DNA of 61,799 nucleotides, counting the filler, from Trypethelium eluteriae (Eukaryota), in the NCBI GenBank assembly GCA_051942245.1. It is 4 parts of 4 records of this genome, joined end to end, with 100 filler letters (N's around TTAATTAATTAA, not from the genome) between each part and the next. Parts side by side here need not be neighbours in the genome. Positions count along the whole stretch, not along the records: positions 31,015 to 46,398 come from JAVECL010000653.1; positions 46,499 to 61,799 come from JAVECL010000654.1; 2 more parts are not named here. One strand, written 5' to 3'. Each line of letters begins with the position of its first letter. Positions within the stretch are counted from its first letter, which is position 1. This document shows positions 37,472 through 49,606 of this stretch, piece after piece. The translations under genes were made by a program, and so were the position numbers. Under the pieces are notes generated by a model. It was not told the DNA's origin. It made no database searches and saw only the letters and a list, made by a program, of their open reading frames with translations.

Positions 37472-40400
37472 ATGGAGCTTTGGTCAGATCTTCTGAGGTT
37501 GCCGTTAGGCTTGCTCTTATTATTGGCCTCTCCATCTGCTGCGGACCTCCCTTACAATCCCACAAGAGCATTCTTGTCGCAGCGGCGCAATGACTTGGCC
37601 TACGTTCTCCGACCTTCGACAACGGATCCGAACCAAGCAGAGCTCTTGTCCATAGACATCGCTTCCAGTTTCGACGTCTCGTCTGTCCCAGTGACATCGC
37701 TCTTCCCTTCGCTCCCTTTCCTGAACGGATCCAGCGACACTGCATATGTATCAACCATTGACGCTAGCGGCAACATTACCGTCTATGCCGGCGACTGCTC
37801 ACGAGGTGGAATGGAGTCAAGAATTTGGAGGTTCATGCCATACGCGCAGGCGCAGCACGGTAATGGGACGTGGGAGCAAGACACCATTTCGTTAAGCAAT
37901 ATAAGCGGGAACAATATACTGGACGGTGCCAACTACCTAGCAAGCAGTATAGCCTTCTCCAGCACAGTCAATGGCTCGGAGACTGACATGGGCTTCTACG
38001 TATTTGGGGGAATGTGTCCTCACAGCGACGTGACCCCCGAAACATGGACCTCTGATGCAGATTACTCCAATTCTATGCTCACCCTCGAGCCTCAGCCCTT
38101 GTCGAGTGGAGATGAAAGCTATGGGCTTGGCCTAACCTCCAGTCGTGGACCCCCGATTGCGGAGGCTGGCTTCACCATCACAGCACTGCCGCCATCGTTC
38201 TCGAACTCTGACGATGGAACTCAAACTCAGCAGCAAGATTTCGTACTTGTCGGAGGCCATACGCAGACTGCCTTCATAAATATGTCGCAAATTGCACTGT
38301 TCTCGTTGCCGCAACAAGGATGGACATTCCTCTCAGTGGATCAACCGTCAGATGCCAAAACGGATCTTTCCAAGCGAGATTCGTCTCAAGTCGAGCCTCG
38401 ATCTGGGCACACTGCCGTTATCTCAGCAGATGGATCGAAGATTGTCGTTTTTGGGGGCTGGGTGGGAAATGTGAATACTCCGGCACAACCGCAATTGGCA
38501 GTCTTGAATGCTGGCGAGGGCTATGGAGGTAATGGATCATGGTTTTGGACAGTCCCTGAACCCGTGGGTAACGGCCTGGCATCTGGTGCTGGCATCTACG
38601 GCCATGACGCGATCCTGCTTCCAGGTAATGTCATGATGGTGGTTGGGGGCAACCAAATTGGTGCGTCTGGAAGTGCTAAGTCTCGGAGGCAGACTTCAAG
38701 CTTGAATGTGATGTTCTTCAATGTCTCTTCCAACAGCTGGAGTACCAACTATATTCCACCCTCTAATACTGCTGCACAAGGAGACAAGTCTGGACTGCTG
38801 AGTACTACTTCCCAAAAGGCTGGACTCGGAGCTGGCCTTGGAATTGGAGCTGTAGCCGTCTCATGCCTTGGTATCTTTTATTGGTGGTTTGCGCGAAGGC
38901 TCAAGAAAAAGCGAGAAGATCGGCAGAGAGAAATACGAGAATACAACGGAAGTGCAAGTGACTTCCATGCTCGCGACGTCGGTAGAGACGGACAAGATGG
39001 AGTGTGGCCAGGAGCAGTGTGGTCGGGCCATCATCGTGATCCCAACGTTGGAGATGCTTTGTGGTCCACCCGCACTGATGGTCTTGGCTACAACAACGGC
39101 TGGCGGAACATCAGCAACCAAGATGCGGAGCGCACAGGGTTACTCGTGGAGATCCCAAGTCCGACAAGAGGTCTCCGACGTGGACGTGGAGGCCATCTTC
39201 AGCCGCGGCATGATGAAAACCGCGTCAGCATTGGCTCCGGTGCTATTCACCCGATTGAGGAAAAAGATGAGGAAGAGCACGCGCAGAAAGGCCCCGAAAT
39301 GGCTGAGAAGCATGCAAGCCATGCATCAAGCCTGTTCTCAAATGCACCTTCTCTCAATCCTTTCAGAGATCCGGATCCTCTTGGAAGCCATCCCATTGGT
39401 ACATCCGAAGCAAATTCGTCTACGGCTGTGACAAGCAACGACCGACCACCTCTAATACCTACCAAGAGTGATGAAGCAATTACGACGCTAGGACGCCGTG
39501 GCCCGCCCTCTCCGACAATTCCAACTCAAAACGCCAAAGGCCGGGAACAAGAGGTTGCGGGCTGGGTCAGTGATTGGCAAGCTGCTGATGCGCTTCTGCA
39601 TAACTCTTCAAGCCAGCAACGCCCTGCACAGATAGGCTCTCAACGGACAGGAGGTCGTATCTCCCCAACAAAGAATTCCGATCGCACCGATTCTTCGCTT
39701 AGCGATCGTTCCTATCGCTCTAATCTCTCCTACAGTGGCGCTAGCGTCGCACGCACCGTATCTCAGAAATCAGCGGCTCTTCTTTCTATAAATCCCTTCT
39801 CTGGCTCCCAACCTTCTCCAGATCATGACCGCTCCTTTGTCTATTCACATGGAAAAGCTTCGAGAGACCCAACCGACTTACACGCCGGCCCTCACGAAAA
39901 TGACAACGACTCCTTCATCACAGCCCACACCACCCTCTCCGGTCCTCAACCAACCTCTGCCCAGCCTTCCCCGACCAAAACCATCTTTCCTCTCGAGGCC
40001 TCACGTCCCCGCTACTACGCTCCTGCCACCGCGAGCGAGCCCGCAGACCAGTCTGCGCTCGCCGCCGACCTCGACCCCACCACGCCCACCAAACCGCGCC
40101 TCGGCTGGGTCGGCTCTGTGCGCAAAGCCCTCGGTGCAGCCGCCGGCATCTCTTCATCGACTTACGGGCGCAGCTCAAGCATGACCAGCACGACGTCTGC
40201 GGTGCCGCGATGGGCGCGCAGCCGTGGGGGAAGCTTCTCGATGGATCCTGCTGCAGCGACAGTAGCAGGTGCAGCAGCGGCTGCGGCAGCAGGCGAACCC
40301 GGCAAGACGAGCCCAGCGAAGGGTACGAGTTCAGGGGTTGGGATCAGTGTTGGGAGGGCGAGAGGGAACTCCGCGTCGGGCTCGGCGTCGGCGTCGGGAT

Positions 40401-40930
40401 TGCCGAGACGGGCGGCGAGTGAGGGGGGGTTTTTTTGGAGGGGGAAGAAAGGCGCGAGGGATTGGGAGGAGGATGCGGCGGAGCAGCAGCAGCAGCAGCC
40501 GCAGCACCAGCAGGCGTTTCCTCCGTATCGAGATGAGGATGATGCGGTGGCGGAGAGTGGGGGCGCGGCGAGGCCGAGGAGGTTGCAGAGACGGGGGAGG
40601 AGACGGCCGCAGACGACGGTGGGGATGAGGGAGGATAATGCGGCGTGGATGCGGGAGCATGGGATTGCTGGTAGTGGTGGCGGTGGTGATCAGGGGGAGA
40701 GCAGGAGAGGGATGGAAGGAGATGAGGACGAGGATGATTGGGATGTTGAGGCGGCTGTGGAGAGGAGGCTGGTGCAGGTTATGTTTACGGTGCCGAAGCA
40801 GAGGCTGAGGGTCGTGAATACGGATGTGGATAAGGATAGTGTGAGAAGCAGGAGTGATGCTGGAGGACCTGCAGACGCGGATGCGACGGATGCGGTTGTG
40901 GCGACAAAGTCTACTGATTCAGAATTTTGA
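37472..40930 (+). CDS. Type I membrane protein with kelch/galactose-oxidase-like beta-propeller ectodomain and long disordered cytoplasmic tail
   Basis: Signal peptide and kelch-like GG motifs (YVFGGMC, VLVGGHT, PRSGHTA..VVFGGW, YGHDA..MVVGG). TM AGLGAGLGIGAVAVSCLGIFYWWF. C-terminal DWDVEAAVERRLVQVMFTVPKQRLRVVN. Single exon. Confidence 0.8.
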   Translation: MELWSDLLRLPLGLLLLLASPSAADLPYNPTRAFLSQRRNDLAYVLRPSTTDPNQAELLSIDIASSFDVSSVPVTSLFPSLPFLNGSSDTAYVSTIDASGNITVYAGDCSRGGMESRIWRFMPYAQAQHGNGTWEQDTISLSNISGNNILDGANYLASSIAFSSTVNGSETDMGFYVFGGMCPHSDVTPETWTSDADYSNSMLTLEPQPLSSGDESYGLGLTSSRGPPIAEAGFTITALPPSFSNSDDGTQTQQQDFVLVGGHTQTAFINMSQIALFSLPQQGWTFLSVDQPSDAKTDLSKRDSSQVEPRSGHTAVISADGSKIVVFGGWVGNVNTPAQPQLAVLNAGEGYGGNGSWFWTVPEPVGNGLASGAGIYGHDAILLPGNVMMVVGGNQIGASGSAKSRRQTSSLNVMFFNVSSNSWSTNYIPPSNTAAQGDKSGLLSTTSQKAGLGAGLGIGAVAVSCLGIFYWWFARRLKKKREDRQREIREYNGSASDFHARDVGRDGQDGVWPGAVWSGHHRDPNVGDALWSTRTDGLGYNNGWRNISNQDAERTGLLVEIPSPTRGLRRGRGGHLQPRHDENRVSIGSGAIHPIEEKDEEEHAQKGPEMAEKHASHASSLFSNAPSLNPFRDPDPLGSHPIGTSEANSSTAVTSNDRPPLIPTKSDEAITTLGRRGPPSPTIPTQNAKGREQEVAGWVSDWQAADALLHNSSSQQRPAQIGSQRTGGRISPTKNSDRTDSSLSDRSYRSNLSYSGASVARTVSQKSAALLSINPFSGSQPSPDHDRSFVYSHGKASRDPTDLHAGPHENDNDSFITAHTTLSGPQPTSAQPSPTKTIFPLEASRPRYYAPATASEPADQSALAADLDPTTPTKPRLGWVGSVRKALGAAAGISSSTYGRSSSMTSTTSAVPRWARSRGGSFSMDPAAATVAGAAAAAAAGEPGKTSPAKGTSSGVGISVGRARGNSASGSASASGLPRRAASEGGFFWRGKKGARDWEEDAAEQQQQQPQHQQAFPPYRDEDDAVAESGGAARPRRLQRRGRRRPQTTVGMREDNAAWMREHGIAGSGGGGDQGESRRGMEGDEDEDDWDVEAAVERRLVQVMFTVPKQRLRVVNTDVDKDSVRSRSDAGGPADADATDAVVATKSTDSEF

Positions 40931-41729
40931 GATGGGCTACCTTAGGGGGAATGAAATCGATACTGAAGTCAAGAAGCCGGATTGAGGGGCGTATGAAAAA
41001 AGCAGTGCGGAAACGAAGTCCATGAGGGCTTTCTTGTCTTTGGCCGTACTTTGCTTCTGAGGTGGATGGCATTATCTGGACACATCTTTCGGACACAGGA
41101 AATGGACATGACTCCACGGAGCATGTAGGAACGCTGCTGGCTTCTGAGCCAGCTTTTACAGGTAGTATGTGTTCTGTTGACTTCTGGTTCGGGTGTCATG
41201 CGGCCAAGTTTGAGAATACTTGGTTTTGAGACTTTACTATCGCTGTAGCGTGGAGCGAGTTCTCTGATATTCATTAATTCCTGCATCTCGATAAGTTTAT
41301 CAGGCGAGGATGGTGGTCAAGCAAGTGCAGGTAGCAATACCAATGACTTAAAGAAAGTATCCTCTCATGCTGCTGCGGAATGAATCAATCAACTTTCTTT
41401 GCTGTGTCCTTGGTTCTCGTCCGCCACCAAGTAGGCATTGGCTCTTGTCTTTGGGCATGTGGCGAACGGTAGGTTAGATTAGGTACCTAAGTATCAGGTC
41501 CGGACGACGGGGCCGGTCTATAGGACCGGGGGAGGACTAAAGTTCTAGAAGATATCGTATCCGCGATCTTCTGTTAAAGCTCCATTAACACAGTTCGAAG
41601 GCTACATTTACATTACTAGGACAAAAGCGTTCGCGTGACCCCCAGCAATTTTCCCATGTCAGCAAGCGGTCACTCTTTTCGCATGACTGTAGACTCTCAT
41701 TTGCGATCTTACACATTTATTTTTGCACT

Positions 41730-42859
41730 ATGATCGCGACCGTAACGACATCTTCTCCAACAAGGTTATTTGCAGGTCCATTGACGACTGTATTCACGCC
41801 GCCCTCCTTTTGCTCTGACATCTATGCCCAAGACGCTCTGGATTTTTGGCAGCATGGATTGTCATGTACAGTATCCGCACTGGAAAATGGAACTCATCAG
41901 GGTGCGTTCCTCACAACCGACGCGAGATGTTTTCCTCCTGCTCGGGTATATAATACTGATAATCTGCCTTTATTCGGAGCTGGTACCTATTCCCCTGGCT
42001 TATTCTGTCCTCGTGGATACTACTCAGCGTGTTCGACAGCAGCGCTCGCCGTTGGGCAGACATATACGGCTTCCATTGACGGGGTTTCGTTCCCACAGAC
42101 TCTGCATGCTGGCGAGACAGCGGTGGCATGCTGTCCGAGGTGCGTCTCGCTTCTTATACCAATGGCTCGCTTAGCGCTGAAAATATCTATTGACGAGGTA
42201 TCAGTGGTTACAGTTGTAGTTTGGATACGGAGAGTACTGTCTCTCAATGCACATCTCCGTTTTTTTCGGTCTTCATTCAGGCCAGTCAATGTGACCAATC
42301 GTTCTCTGGAGTATCAAGCGTGTCTGCTGCCCCAACGGTGATTACCATGCCAGAAGGCACTACTACTATGAGTGCAGCGGTATCAGCGCCAATGATTGCA
42401 ATATACTGGAAAGCCGGAGACCGACCCTCGACCAGCACACTGATATCAACCGGCAAAAGAACATCAGCCTTTACTATACCTTCGTCGACTCTTGAGTCTC
42501 TTAGCGCCACAAGCTCGAAGCATCCTCGAAGTAATTTCTCTATTGGAACACTGGCTGCAGTTGGTATCGTCCCTGCTCTAGCTATCGTTACAGCAGCATC
42601 ATTCATGGGCCTCCTCATCCATCGGAGAAAGATAAGATCGAGTAAGAAAAAGCGAGATGGGAAGTATAGAAAGCCGGAGCTGGACGCCCTAGACACTACA
42701 AAGAATTTCGTGGACGGAGGTCAACCAGTGGAACTTTTTGCGGTGGACGGAGCTAGGGAGCTGGGCGGTGGAACCCCCCATGAGCTTGAAGCGCCTAACA
42801 CTGTGCATGAGCTTCAAGACTCTAGGTATGCTTCTGCTGGTCGACTCCGTGACACATAA
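41730..42859 (+). CDS. Uncharacterised Cys-rich single-pass membrane protein
   Basis: Intron 42140-42204. PLTTVFTPPSFC..CFPP..YSPGLFCPRGY..ETAVACCPSGYSC, a Ser/Thr stalk, a TM segment, a basic stop-transfer patch and a tail with repeated xEL motifs (KPELDA, VELFA, HELEA, HELQD). Confidence 0.75.
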
Positions 42860-43603
42860 ATGTTGTCCAGTATCATTCGTTCCTGGATGGCAATATTTGT
42901 ACTCCGTACAGTGATGAGGATGTCCTCTACAATACGTTGAGACGGGAGGAAGCCCTTGACGCTTGCAACTGCTGTCTGTAGCAACAGCAGATTACTCATA
43001 TCTGATACCACGTACAGCAGGATTGATTCGCTGCCTAAGAGCCGGGTTGTGCGTGAAATTCGCGGGGACGCTCGGGCGAGGCCTGGAGCTTTAATAATGG
43101 GGTCCAATGGTACCTGCATTGGCGGAGTTTAACCGACTCCTCTAGTAGCCGCTATCCACCTTAGCGCATTATGAAAGGACGCGTTTATTCAAAAGCTTAC
43201 GGAATAGAACGATGATTCAAGATACCCTTAAATCTGACTGCGAATTTTCTCGAATGTCCGTCAGATGCTGTATGATGGCAGAGGTATTCGTGACATTTGT
43301 AAGTTGCTATTGTCTGGACTCTCGGGCTCCGATATAATACCGGCGGTGGCTCCAATTGGCGTTGCTTATCGCGAGTGGGTCTGGCTATTCCGTATGGTGT
43401 GATTGCCCTTTTTATTCTTATTCTCTTGTGACAATTATCTTCAACACTTCAGACTCTGTCCCCGGTTTGGCCCACCTCGAGTCGACGGATCTTAGTCTCC
43501 ATTTGATATTTTCTTCCCTGAGCTCATAGCTTATCAATTCCTTATACATCGTGTGTTCGTCCTTCATCTACTGCTTCCAGCAAACGATATCTAGCTGTTC
43601 AAG

Positions 43604-44861
43604 ATGGCCTCAGCAGCTAGGCTGCTCAGCCGTTCGACTCTTCGCCGCCCGATATCACTGCCTATCCGATCGACCGCTTTCCACGACACACGTTTCGCCT
43701 TCCCACCCCAAACCCTCCGTCAGCAATCTCGACGTGGCTACGCAAACGGATCTTCTCCACGATCCAGCAGCAATACCAGCCTCTATTGGGGCCTTGGCCT
43801 TGTTGCTGCTGGCAGTCTAGGCTATTACGCCTACTCTCAGACCAAGAGGCTCACAACAGAAGCGGTCAAACAAAGCAGCGCGGAAGGAAAGAGGGACGGT
43901 GTAGTTGTGCCGACACAAGAAGACTACCAGAAAGTGTACGATGCGATTGCGCAGAAGCTGATTGATGATGATGCGTACGATGACGGTAGCTATGGACCAG
44001 TCATTCTGCGCTTAGGCTGGCATGCTAGCGGCACGTAAGTGATCCCTCACTATCATTCCACCTTATCGCCGTCCCGCGTCCCTTCCCACGTTCAAACATC
44101 CGCACCCAAATCATGACTACACATCATATCAAAGCTTATCACTCCCTCTCAGCTATGACGCTGAAACCGGCACTGGCGGCTCCAACGGCGCCACCATGCG
44201 CTTCCCCCCTGAAGGCGACCACGGCGCCAACGCCGGCCTCCACGCCGCCCGCACCTTCCTCGACCCCATCCACGCTGCCTTCCCCTGGATATCCTACTCC
44301 GACCTGTGGACGCTCGCCGCCGTCTGCGCCATCCAAGAAATGCAAGGCCCCACCATCCCCTGGCGGCCGGGACGCCAAGACCGCGACATCGGCTTCTGCA
44401 CGCCGGACGGCCGCCTGCCCGACGGTGCCAAGGGGTCGGATCATCTGCGCGCCATCTTTGGGAGGATGGGCTTCGATGACCGCGAGATTGTGGCGTTGAG
44501 TGGGGCGCATGCGTTGGGCAGGTGTCATACGGATCGCAGTGGGTTTGAAGGGCCGTGGACGTTTAGCCCGACGACGTTGACGAATGAGTATTTTAAGCTG
44601 TTGGCTGATGCGAAGTGGAGGTGGAAGAAGTGGAATGGGCCGAAGCAGTATGAGGATGTGGAGTCTGGGAGTTTGATGATGCTGCCGACGGATATGGCGT
44701 TGGTGAAGGATGATAAGTTCAGGGCGCACGTGGAGAGGTATGCGAAGGATGAAGAGGTCTTCTTCAAGGAATTTGCGGACGTGGTGTGCAAATTGTTTGA
44801 GCTGGGGGTGCCGTTCACGACAGGGGAAGATGCGCGGTTGCGATTGAAGAGGATGGAGTAA
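43604..44861 (+). CDS. CCP1: Mitochondrial cytochrome c peroxidase
   Basis: Presequence plus [18 protein letters not shown] (distal His), [15 protein letters not shown] (proximal His), GPWT and [10 protein letters not shown]. Intron 44035-44152. Confidence 0.95.
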
Positions 44862-45561
44862 TGGCTGGTACCCTTGCGGTGATGCACTGGTGGAGAAGCT
44901 GGAGTCCGGACTGGAGTTGATGCGCTCGAGGTCACTCAATTTTATTAAAGCTCTTGACGATACCAAGTTCAGCAAATATAGATATAGAAATAGAAATAGA
45001 CTTAACACAGACCTAGACTTCTATTCAGAGAGCCAATGTACTTTTAGCACTACCATCATCCTGAGGGCATGAGATAGATTTACGATGAGACCAGTCGGGT
45101 CTCTTGTTACCATGATTCGCAGCACCTCATAGCACGGTAGGTTATTCAGTAGCTTTTTGTCTTGATTCTCAATGATTTTAGGGCAGCAAATTCAAGTTGC
45201 AAGTGGATGGGAAGCCCAAAGGGGTATTCCTAGGAACGATTCTTTTGGATACTTTCAAGAGAAAAGAAGATTGAGATAGAGATATTACAGTGCATCGATC
45301 CTCAATGCGTTCTTCAGAAAGACAACACATGTGATGATAGACAAGATACGTCCACGATTTTCAGCTTGTGCTAACTTGCGCGTCTCCTCACCTCTAGTCT
45401 TTGAGTATTGCGCTGTTGGTATCCGGACGGACTATGTCTAGCGCTCGATTCTAAATCTAATGCTCAGCCCACAAATCTTGAGCCTTCACCGACGATTGCT
45501 TGTTCATGACTTGGTGATAAGTCGATGGTTATGTAGCATCTCCTGGACCATTGGCTTGCCG

Positions 45562-46398
45562 TCAAATCTTGCAGCTGAATGGCTTGCCTCCCTCGCCATG
45601 CGCGAGAGCGATGCCAGATGTGTACATACCGACCACAAACTAAAATCGGCAACAGTGATAAGTAAATGAATGTGATGAAAGTAGGGATGGCGCGACTTAC
45701 GATCATAATTCCGATGACGAGGATTAAGAGATTGACCACGAAGCCAACAACTCTCTTCCAGTTCCTGAAGTAAGCACCCTTATGCATGTAGAACCAGAAC
45801 ATCGCAGGTATCGCCACTATACACATCAGCATGCCTCACGAATCCCGGTGGACCTCACTCGTTCATGAAAAGAGCTCTGGCAAGAGGGGAGAATAGCACT
45901 CACGCATAAACCACCCATTGAACAGCGCGCTTATGAACGCTAAGAAATGATGAAAGTCCGGTATCGCCTCCGCCAACACCCACGCCAGCGCCCACCCTCC
46001 CACCAACATCGCCATCCAACTCGCATAGCTCCTCACGCTCCGCTGGTTCACCACATGCGTGCCCCGCCAATACCGCACATACATCTGCTTCGTCGCGACG
46101 TGCATATTGATCACACCCGCGACCACAATCGTCGGCATCGCGACACACCAGGCTGCGAGGCGCCAGTGCGCCGGGGCACTGTTGATGGCAGGGGATGCGA
46201 CGGCGTCGCCGGCGAAGTGGTAGACGAGCGCGGCGATGACGCAGTAGTAGACGGCGGCGGCGACTTCGGTGACGGCGAGCGCTTTGGGGAAGGTGGCGGG
46301 GGAGCGGAGTTCGGAGATGAAGCCGATGAAGGCGACGTGGCCGCAGAAGGAGGTGACCATATTGAGGATGGCGCGGAAGGAGGTGGGGAAGTCGTGGT
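45562..46398 (-). CDS. Amino acid permease (Aa_trans/Mtr-like), 5' truncated by contig end
   Basis: ILNMVTSFCGHVAFIGFISELRSPATFPKAL, VASPAINSA and VLAEAIPDFHHFLAFISALF. Two introns; last exon FVVGMYTSG..KPFSCKI*. Confidence 0.85.
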
Positions 46399-46498
46399 NN
46401 NNNNNNNNNNNNNNNNNNNNNNNNNNNNNNNNNNNNNNNNNNTTAATTAATTAANNNNNNNNNNNNNNNNNNNNNNNNNNNNNNNNNNNNNNNNNNNN
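46399..46498. other. Artificial contig linker (44N + TTAATTAATTAA + 44N)
   Basis: Identical 100-bp linker. Confidence 0.98.
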
Positions 46499-49189
46499 GC
46501 GCGAGACCATGTGGGCGAGGACGGCGCGGGCGGCGGTTGGGTTGTTGTGCAGTTTGAGGAGGCGGTCGAGGAGGAGGTTGTAGGATTTGGTGGTGGCGGC
46601 GAAGCCGTGCCGTTCGAGCTCGGTGAGGTAGGTCATGACGAGGTTTTGTTGTTCTTCGGGGGGTTTCGTGCTGATGGCCGGGTCTTTCATGAGGTTGTCG
46701 AGGAGCATGGTGAAGGTTGCGATGTTCGGTTGGACGTTTTGGGCGGACATTTCTTTCAGGAGGCGGAAGGCGGCGGTGATGTCGTTCTGGCGCAAGGCGA
46801 TGGTGATGCGGATGTTGAAGGTGAAGGCGTCGGGCTTGATGCCACGGCGAGCAGCCCAGGCGAGGACATCTTGAATTGCTTGTTCCATGGGCCCGCGGGA
46901 AAGAGGCATGATAACAGCATTGATTGTTTGGATATTAGGTTTTGGGACCGCTTTGTCAGCTTCGGTGGCTTTAGACGGATTGGCGGAAATTCGTCTGGAG
47001 GCGGCGGTATACTCATTGGCCATCTCTCGTAGACCTTGTAAGCCCTCCTTAACCTTGTCACCTCGAATGAGGCCGTAAAGTCTTGTGGTCCATGCCCTGG
47101 CATCGGGCTGTACTCCCGAGTCCCTCATTCTTTGCCAAAGGGCCTCGAGGCTGTCCGCATCCCGCTCCAGGCGACAGCCTTTCATCATCGACGTCCATGA
47201 GATTACCGTTGGCTGCACGCCACGGTTGACCATCTCATTCCATACATTGATTGCTTGATTGGGTACACCAAGGCGCATGTACGTGAAAATGAAAGCCTCA
47301 TACACGTCTTTTGATTTTGAGACTGATGACTCTTGTCCTTCTGACGGTCGCAGCCGGCTCATCGATCTCCAAAGACGATCAACCTGCGAGAGATCAGTCT
47401 GTTCCAATGCACGCCCAAGTCTCTTTATCATAATCGCCCCATCGGGTTCTCTGCGTTGATTGGCAACTTTGGTGCGGTCAGAGCGATCGACAATGTTGGA
47501 ATCTTGCTGGCCTTTTGTTTGCAATTGCTCTCTTTGCGAATCCCGGCTCTTCAGTTGCCTGTTTGTAGCTTGAAGAGAAGCTCTTCTTTCATGAAAGTTT
47601 TTCTTTCTAGGCTCGGACGTATGATGTCCCTCAAAGGGTTCGTCAGGACTTGCTTTGTAGGAGCCTACATTGAGCTCTTCGACTTGGGCCGGGCCGAGCT
47701 GTCGGTGAGCATGTTCCTGTGGGTGTGGAGGCTGCGTCATAGGCCAGGTCGACCGATATCCAGCATCGTTCAAGATTCGTTGCAATTTTTTTTTGGACTC
47801 GAAGTTGACTGCCAATCCTTCTAAAAATGCTAAGACCAGGTCGATATCTGAATCCTGTGATAAGTCCATAGTGAGATTCGTGAATGAACTTATTTCTTCC
47901 TCCATTGAGGGCTGCATGTAAGGCGCAAGGAATCCACGTCGGTACAATATTGATAAAAGGAAGGCAGCGGCTGCAACTCTGAGTTGATTTTCCCGATTGG
48001 GAAAATGTGGTACCAGATTGCCGAAGAATCTTTCGTCAAATCTCTTCGAATTGAATTTCTGCGACGGATTTTGTATTGCACTCGAGAAGTTCGACCATTC
48101 GAATGCATTCAATCCTTGGGTTGAGTTCTTAAAAGCCGATTCATCTGCGAAGGATTTTATCCATATTTTCCACATACACATTGTCTCCGAGATCAAATCC
48201 GTCGGGTGTCTAAATGCAGTCAAGGGCGAATCGGATATCAGGGTCCGCGCTATTTGCAGATGTAGGTCGAAAAGAATTTGCAATTGAATGTCTGTGCAAG
48301 GGAGCCCATTTTGAATAAATTCTGCGAGAACTTCGCTAGGTGCAGGCACTTTGGTAGTTTCAGCAGGCTGTCGCCAAACTCGCCATATGTTAGTGGAGAT
48401 CTTTCTGATCAGTGCTTGTTGAGATTGGGATCCTAGCTTTCGAATGTCTTCCGCATGCTCTAGAAGATATTGCCAATCCTGAGTTGCAGAGACTGGTTTA
48501 AATTGATCGAACATATTCTGCAGACTGTCGACTCCAGGGTTTTCCGTGACGTATATCCAAATGTCAGCTTTACTCACAGCTGTGTCACGGAAGAGCCGGT
48601 CAAATAGGTCATGCGAATTGCGCTGGCGGGATGATGGTCGAGCAGGCATATTCAGCGAGGCGACCCGGTCAAGTTGCGCAGCATCCATTGAATTATTTTT
48701 TGTAGCGGTCTCGATCGGATCTGCATCATTTATCGTGAGCGAACCGTCCGGCTCCAGAAGATAATCTGTTTCTTCCACTACGCTTGGCTTGCCAGAGTGA
48801 TGGCGATCAGTAGTATCCCAACCACCCTCTATCTCGGGCTGTAGTTCGGTAGGAGAGTCTCGCTTGGCAGATGAATCAAATTGCTCTGGTAGAAACGCTG
48901 CCGAATATCTACCCGGGCCCATCCTTCCTGCAAACAGCTCCTCCAAATTCCACGAAAGATTATCTTGCTTTCCCCCATCGCGCTGTTGTTGTTCTTGCCT
49001 TCCGTCTCTTTTAGCGTTCTGTTGGATCGGTAATGGGAAGTTGGCAGTCGGAGTAGAGTTCGAGGAGGGGGTTAGCAAGCGCGAGAACGGAGCGTTGTCG
49101 ACTTTGGAGCGCCATTGGGTTCGGAGAAGCCTCTGTGCGCGCCTGCGTAGCCATTGACGACAGCTGGCGCAGACATATGGGCTACTCAT
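46499..49189 (-). CDS. Large mitochondrial PPR protein (3' truncated by contig end)
   Basis: Presequence MSSPYVCASCRQWLRRR, then tandem PPRs: WNEMVNRGVQPTVISWTSMMKG, MRDSGVQPDARAWTT, GIKPDAFTFNIRI and VQPNIATFTMLL. Confidence 0.85.
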
Positions 49190-49606
49190 GGCACGCGCCA
49201 AAGCTGCAAGAGCTCGACCCAAGAGCTGGAAAGTTTGGGTGAAGTCAGAAGCAGAAGGTGCCTTAAGCTATCGGCAGCTCAGGGTCCAAACCTGACTATC
49301 CCTGTTCCAGCATCCCGGCTATGACCATTTTTACTTTCACATCCCTTTCTTATGATGTTGTAGTCAGCATCGTTTTCCGGGATTTAGCAGGCTAATCTGC
49401 ATGAAGCGAATGGATACAGCAGCATTGCAGCTAAAATTTTGCTCTGCATTTGTAGTATTTGATTGCAAGGGCTTCGAAAGTGACCTCGCGCGTCTCCCAA
49501 GCCTTTGGCTTCCGTACTTCTTCCGTACATCCAGAGCCCCAGAAGTTTGAATGATTCTTTCTGCACCTCTTCCCCCTGAGTTGTGTGTCTCGTTCTATCC
49601 CTTACG

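Noticed and set aside
44139..45008. 289-aa antisense ORF over CCP1, and similar antisense ORFs at 9218-9610 and 46511-47032
   Set aside because: Shadow ORFs caused by the strongly biased codon usage of the real gene on the other strand.
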